Source: Fervidicoccaceae archaeon (GTDB taxonomy: Archaea > Thermoproteota > Thermoprotei_A > Sulfolobales > Fervidicoccaceae). From it: DNA of 64,000 bases. The DNA is taken from NCBI GenBank assembly GCA_038734945.1, contig JAVYOA010000009.1, positions 124,001 to 188,000 of the forward strand, read 5' to 3'. Below are positions 60,901 through 64,000 of this stretch, one piece after another (the first letter of the stretch is position 1; each line of letters opens with the position of its first letter). The notes beneath the pieces were generated by a model. It searched no databases. It was not told the origin of the DNA and saw only the letters and a program-made list of their open reading frames with translations. A program made the position numbers and the translations under genes.

Positions 60901-61754
60901 ATCACAGAACGGACAGCACTCATATTTCTAATAAAGGCATATCAGTAGCAAAGGAATATTTCGAGAAAGTTCTAAAGAAGCCGGAACTATTTTACCCCAG
61001 AACTTGGGGAGAGGAGGGAGCACATGAGGCCATAAGGCCAACTAGACCCCTTGGAATCGATGATCTGAGAAAGGGGATACTGGATGGAACCCTTAAAATA
61101 CCAATAAACCTGACAAAAGCCCATCTAGAACTTTACGATTTAATCTTCAAAAGATTCATAGCCAGTCAAGCAAGAGCATCTATTGTCGAAAAAATCATAA
61201 TGAAAATAGCATCACCAAATGGAGATTATGATGAGAAGGAAATCTTACTTAGAGAAATATCCGAGGGATTCGCATCCATAATTGCTCTGCCGTTCTCTCC
61301 AGAAGCCATAAAAATATCCTCGCTTGGAAGATTAAAAATTTTCGAGAAAGGGGTTTCTATATATAAATCTTCTCTAACTCCGCTTCATTCCGAAGGAACT
61401 CTCGTTAAAATGATGAAGGAAAGGAGATTAGGCAGGCCAAGCACTTATGCCAAAATCATAGACAGCCTCAGAAGACATGGCTACATCGTGATTTCCAAGA
61501 AAAGAAGCTTTGTCATACCAACCTCAATTGGAATCGAAGTTCACACATTCTTGACTGAGAGTTTCCCAGATCTCATTATGGAAGAAGCAACAAAAAAGCT
61601 TGAAGAGAGAATGGATTCTATAGAAAGTGGACAGAGTACCTATGAAGATGTTCTAAAAGAGCTGTACAACAAATTGAACTCAATAGGAGTTCTGGATAGA
61701 AAATCTATCTCGACTTCATTGTCGAGAGGATTCGTTGAAGAGGCTCTGGCCTAA
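57987..61754 (+). CDS. rgy: Reverse gyrase
   Basis: N-terminal CPNC..CSSC, APTGVGKTT, DDAD, QASGRTSR, VESPNKAR, DPDVEGE, GRVQTP, ITYHRTDS, GRPSTY. Confidence 0.97.
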   Translation: MGAEVLVKAVYANSCPNCGGPISSVRLAMGLPCSSCLPSIGEEEAKHISFLTPGERFKLISKKISSTAEGSYSMLAELHEELDRFERFFKRCVGKEFWSLQRTWAYRILSGDSFAITAPTGVGKTTLLLVYSLYEASEGTRVLILVPTESLLRQSLERLHTFSRTLGAELRILGYLSKASKREKEENIRKIESGDFDILITTTSFLSRKFNILKNKLFGLIVVDDADSLLKDSLNVNRVLELSGFKSEEIEAAMRAIKLRNELYFLKAAGRGSEKIEQMERELEELEILIARAKGERARGQLLISSATGRQSGIRPKLFKELLGFEIGGIHAYMRNVIDSYEIQASKESMKKRILDLVRALGSGGLIFISKDAGTSEAKELANYLLSNGIKADLAIAGKSSIEKLRKGDVDILIGISSYYGVAVRGVDIPDKIKYAIFVGVPKNRVPLRSSLISPRRLLQVIAYLSDIDSSIKESYISLAQRLAKLTPSEINVLRISLMNGSIDALGGWLKEIAEEIMKGIESVEKVLKNVMKVGDYLSVGTAIIFRESSDDFYMINPDPLTYIQASGRTSRFLDEKMTLGLSIILESDIRVLEAFQRKMSIFSRSFVLSPLSKLDLEKIKELLEESRKGGKGIKSFRPAKSLLMIVESPNKARTIAWYFGRPSRRKFGRITAYEVPIIDEETLDTYLVTIVATKGHVFDLPVNDGIGAYGVIVKDADFVPVYAPITFCLSCKKSFSSIELSCPYCGEKNKLVRSTEIIQVLRKLSLEAEEVVIATDPDVEGEKIAWDVYLMLKPFSKKISRAEFHEITPDAILRSLRNLREVNISRVSAQIMRRITDRWIGFPLSSILKEKYGKPWLGAGRVQTPVLGWTISRYAEWKRDRGFFIRAKGEAGIEVSFFRKNKEEAENLAALIERNGYLEIISCDKKTEQINPLPPYTTDSLLFDASRSLGLSSTTAMKILQDLFEAGLITYHRTDSTHISNKGISVAKEYFEKVLKKPELFYPRTWGEEGAHEAIRPTRPLGIDDLRKGILDGTLKIPINLTKAHLELYDLIFKRFIASQARASIVEKIIMKIASPNGDYDEKEILLREISEGFASIIALPFSPEAIKISSLGRLKIFEKGVSIYKSSLTPLHSEGTLVKMMKERRLGRPSTYAKIIDSLRRHGYIVISKKRSFVIPTSIGIEVHTFLTESFPDLIMEEATKKLEERMDSIESGQSTYEDVLKELYNKLNSIGVLDRKSISTSLSRGFVEEALA

Positions 61755-61758
61755 TCTC

Positions 61759-62028
61759 TCAGATTTTTACCCTTATTTCAATGTAGGGAAGAATTCGTCT
61801 CCCTACTTTCTCCGATCCTATGCTTACTTTCACAAGCTTGAGAGAATCCCCCATCCTCATCTTCATCTCATTGTAAACATCTATTGCCTTCTCGATGAAA
61901 TCCCCCCTTCCTTTAATTACAACAACCTCCCTCTCCCCAAGCCCTCTGAGTGAGACAATTGCCCTCAGCGCATATTCGCTCACATCACCAGAGCTGACGA
62001 TGATGAGATCTCCAACTTTTTCCCCCAC
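61759..62028 (-). CDS. Second Alba paralog (Alba2-like)
   Basis: IKGRGDFIEKAID, VSIGSE, YIEI. Confidence 0.75.
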   Translation of the reverse strand: MGEKVGDLIIVSSGDVSEYALRAIVSLRGLGEREVVVIKGRGDFIEKAIDVYNEMKMRMGDSLKLVKVSIGSEKVGRRILPYIEIRVKI

Positions 62029-62093
62029 TCACATTACACCTCGTTCTTTATACTGCACGCATGAGATTATTAAGGATAATATCTTTTCAGCAG

Positions 62094-63425
62094 CTATCCA
62101 TATAAATACACGAGAATGGAGTAGATTCCCAGCACGACAGCTGGGGGAATTGAGCACAATATCACAATTTCAACATCTTCTTTTTTCCTGGATGAAACTA
62201 ACGCATAAATTATTTTGTTCGCAATAGCTGCTGATATGGAGAGAAGCGATCCTGTGCTGATTATTCTCATGTCAACAGTGTTGCCCAATGATAGAAGGGA
62301 GAGGACTGTTGCCAAAGCATTGACAAGACCCCCCATGAATGATGTTATAAATATAGCATAGCTACCGAAAAACATTGCCACCAGCTTCACTACTATGAGT
62401 ATAAACACGTATAATGAGACTCCAACCAGGGCAAGCTTCATATTGAGGGGGCTTGTTATTTTCATTTCTCTATCACTACCATTTCCATCTCTCAGTCTGC
62501 GTGAAATGAAATACGCTAGTGAGAAAAGAATTGCTAGACTAAGCATAACTCCAATTAGGACAACTGAGGCAAACCGCACATAGTCCTTTGGTCCTAGAAA
62601 CGCAAGGGCGCTTACAAGAACTGTTATTCCAACTCTTATTATCATGGCAGCATTATCTACAGCCACAACTGGCACAAGTATTTTTTCTGTCAAATTCATT
62701 TTTAGCAAGTTCATCAATGTCGCTTCACTGTTTATTAGACCTCCTAGGAAGGAGACAATGGGAAGAGACTTTGAGCCAATGATTTTGTACGTCATATAGC
62801 TCAAATAAGAAATGGCAAGCACTAAAGCAAAGAATATGTACAGACCCTTGAGACTTAGACCCCAAATAACATAGTTAGTACCAAATGCTAGGGGTCCAAG
62901 TATGAACACTATAAATCCAAGTTCAAGTCCGGCCGATAAATCCTCATAGCTCAATTTCTCTACCGAAGCTGTTACAGCTTTCTTTATAGCAAGAATGCCG
63001 GCAATTAGGAAAGTCAAGCTCATGGAAATAATATAGAACCCATAGCCTGTTAGAAATCCAACAACGAAAGTCAATATGAAGACAAAGTAGCTCGTCAAGC
63101 CAGTCATTCCGGATACAAACATTCTATAGCGTATGTAGAAAGCGAGAACCAGCCCAATGAATACCAGACTGAGAGCAGAGAGAAAGAGACCTGAGTATTG
63201 AGAGACCTGAATCTTTCCACTGAGTACGAGAGCAATTACTGTTCCAAGCAAGCTCATTAGTCCATATGTCCTCACGCCTGGGATTTCTTCTCCAACTTTT
63301 TCCTTTTCAATATGTTCTAGCCTAACTTTATACCTCTCCAGGCCAAGTAGACCCCCTTCCAGAAATGAAATCAGAAGAGTTATTATCACATCGATATCAG
63401 TCTCGGTGACTTGGAAGGAAATCAA
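62094..63425 (-). CDS. MgtC/SapB-DUF4010 membrane protein
   Basis: GLLGLER, PGVRTYGL, GLTS, GGLINSEAT, ANK. Confidence 0.82.
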   Translation of the reverse strand: MISFQVTETDIDVIITLLISFLEGGLLGLERYKVRLEHIEKEKVGEEIPGVRTYGLMSLLGTVIALVLSGKIQVSQYSGLFLSALSLVFIGLVLAFYIRYRMFVSGMTGLTSYFVFILTFVVGFLTGYGFYIISMSLTFLIAGILAIKKAVTASVEKLSYEDLSAGLELGFIVFILGPLAFGTNYVIWGLSLKGLYIFFALVLAISYLSYMTYKIIGSKSLPIVSFLGGLINSEATLMNLLKMNLTEKILVPVVAVDNAAMIIRVGITVLVSALAFLGPKDYVRFASVVLIGVMLSLAILFSLAYFISRRLRDGNGSDREMKITSPLNMKLALVGVSLYVFILIVVKLVAMFFGSYAIFITSFMGGLVNALATVLSLLSLGNTVDMRIISTGSLLSISAAIANKIIYALVSSRKKEDVEIVILCSIPPAVVLGIYSILVYLYG

Positions 63426-63432
63426 TTCTTAT

Positions 63433-63495
63433 CCCTCAGCTGGGATTCTTGGACTCATCCGCATATTGCGTCATAGATAGGGCAATCATCATTTT
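63433..63495 (-). ncRNA. Box C/D methylation guide sRNA
   Basis: Minus strand ATGATGA(C)-ttgccctatct-ATGA(D')..GGATGA(C')-gtccaagaatcccag-CTGA(D); TTATAA about 30 nt upstream. Confidence 0.8.
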
Positions 63496-63543
63496 AAAGC
63501 TTCTCTACTAACTAAATAGAATTATAAGTTTTACTAAATATAT

Positions 63544-64000
63544 TTAGCTTTCTTTAGAAGAGGCTTCGCTTAGCTTTCTGACTTCTCTCTCGATTTCTGG
63601 AAGCAGTCTAAGAAGAGTGGAAAGGGGGAAAACGAAGAAGCTCTCTGGAATGGAGAGAGTTTGGTGGAACTTATTATTTGTATTTAAATGCATCTTCTTC
63701 TCGATTCTGAATGGAAGAACTCTGATCTTAATCTCTTTCTCAGACCTCTTCGCAACAAAAAAGGAAAAAATATTATCAGTCTCTATAAATGCTCCGGTTT
63801 GCAGTTTTCCAGCCTCCTTCCCCCAGCACTTTATATCTATTAATGAGTAGCCCTCGAGCGTGTTCTGAAGAATTTTGCCTAAAAGCTCCTCTACCCTCTC
63901 GCATTGTACATTGAATCTCACGCTTAGCAGCTTATCATCATGATAAAAATTTAAACCAGCTTCGGATAGCTTCTCTATGATCAGGGAATGAGAGAGAAAG
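63544..64000 (-). CDS. Hypothetical protein, partial (frame is open to the window end)
   Basis: No stop codon upstream of the listed GTG at 63921. Confidence 0.5.
   Translation of the reverse strand, partial: FLSHSLIIEKLSEAGLNFYHDDKLLSVRFNVQCERVEELLGKILQNTLEGYSLIDIKCWGKEAGKLQTGAFIETDNIFSFFVAKRSEKEIKIRVLPFRIEKKMHLNTNNKFHQTLSIPESFFVFPLSTLLRLLPEIEREVRKLSEASSKES

Noticed and set aside
1..64000. CRISPR arrays, tRNA, rRNA, integrase or provirus genes; many antisense ORFs in the track
   Set aside because: None seen by eye; the antisense ORFs are shadows of well-supported genes.

Overview
Archaeal chromosomal window from a hyperthermophilic crenarchaeon (Thermoproteota; Fervidicoccales/Desulfurococcales-like by inference from reverse gyrase, two Alba genes, PolB2, aIF-2beta and C/D sRNAs). 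Mostly housekeeping: MvhD/G/A-type [NiFe]-hydrogenase, an Opp/Dpp transporter, pdxS-pdxT, a translation/ribosome-biogenesis cluster ending in the RNase P RNA, a Ni/Co ECF transporter with NikR, two FecCD/BtuCD-type ABC systems, H+-PPase, peptidases, a sirtuin, the PolB2 operon, gdhA and rgy. Main things worth following up: (1) a 501-bp internally deleted IS607/TnpB-like element inside a cstA pseudogene, carrying a strongly structured RNA that points away from the tnpB remnant and runs out through the element end; (2) three 41-42-bp solo IS200/IS605 hairpins joining a left end (TTAC site, AAAG guide) to a right end (TCAG); (3) a threonine-synthase-fold protein lacking its catalytic Lys, fused to a winged HTH, in the pdxST operon with a perfect palindrome upstream; (4) an RNase P RNA with A at the normally invariant bulged U of P4; (5) three box C/D guide RNAs and a NikR-type operator. 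All calls are by eye from sequence motifs; no searches or folding programs were run.
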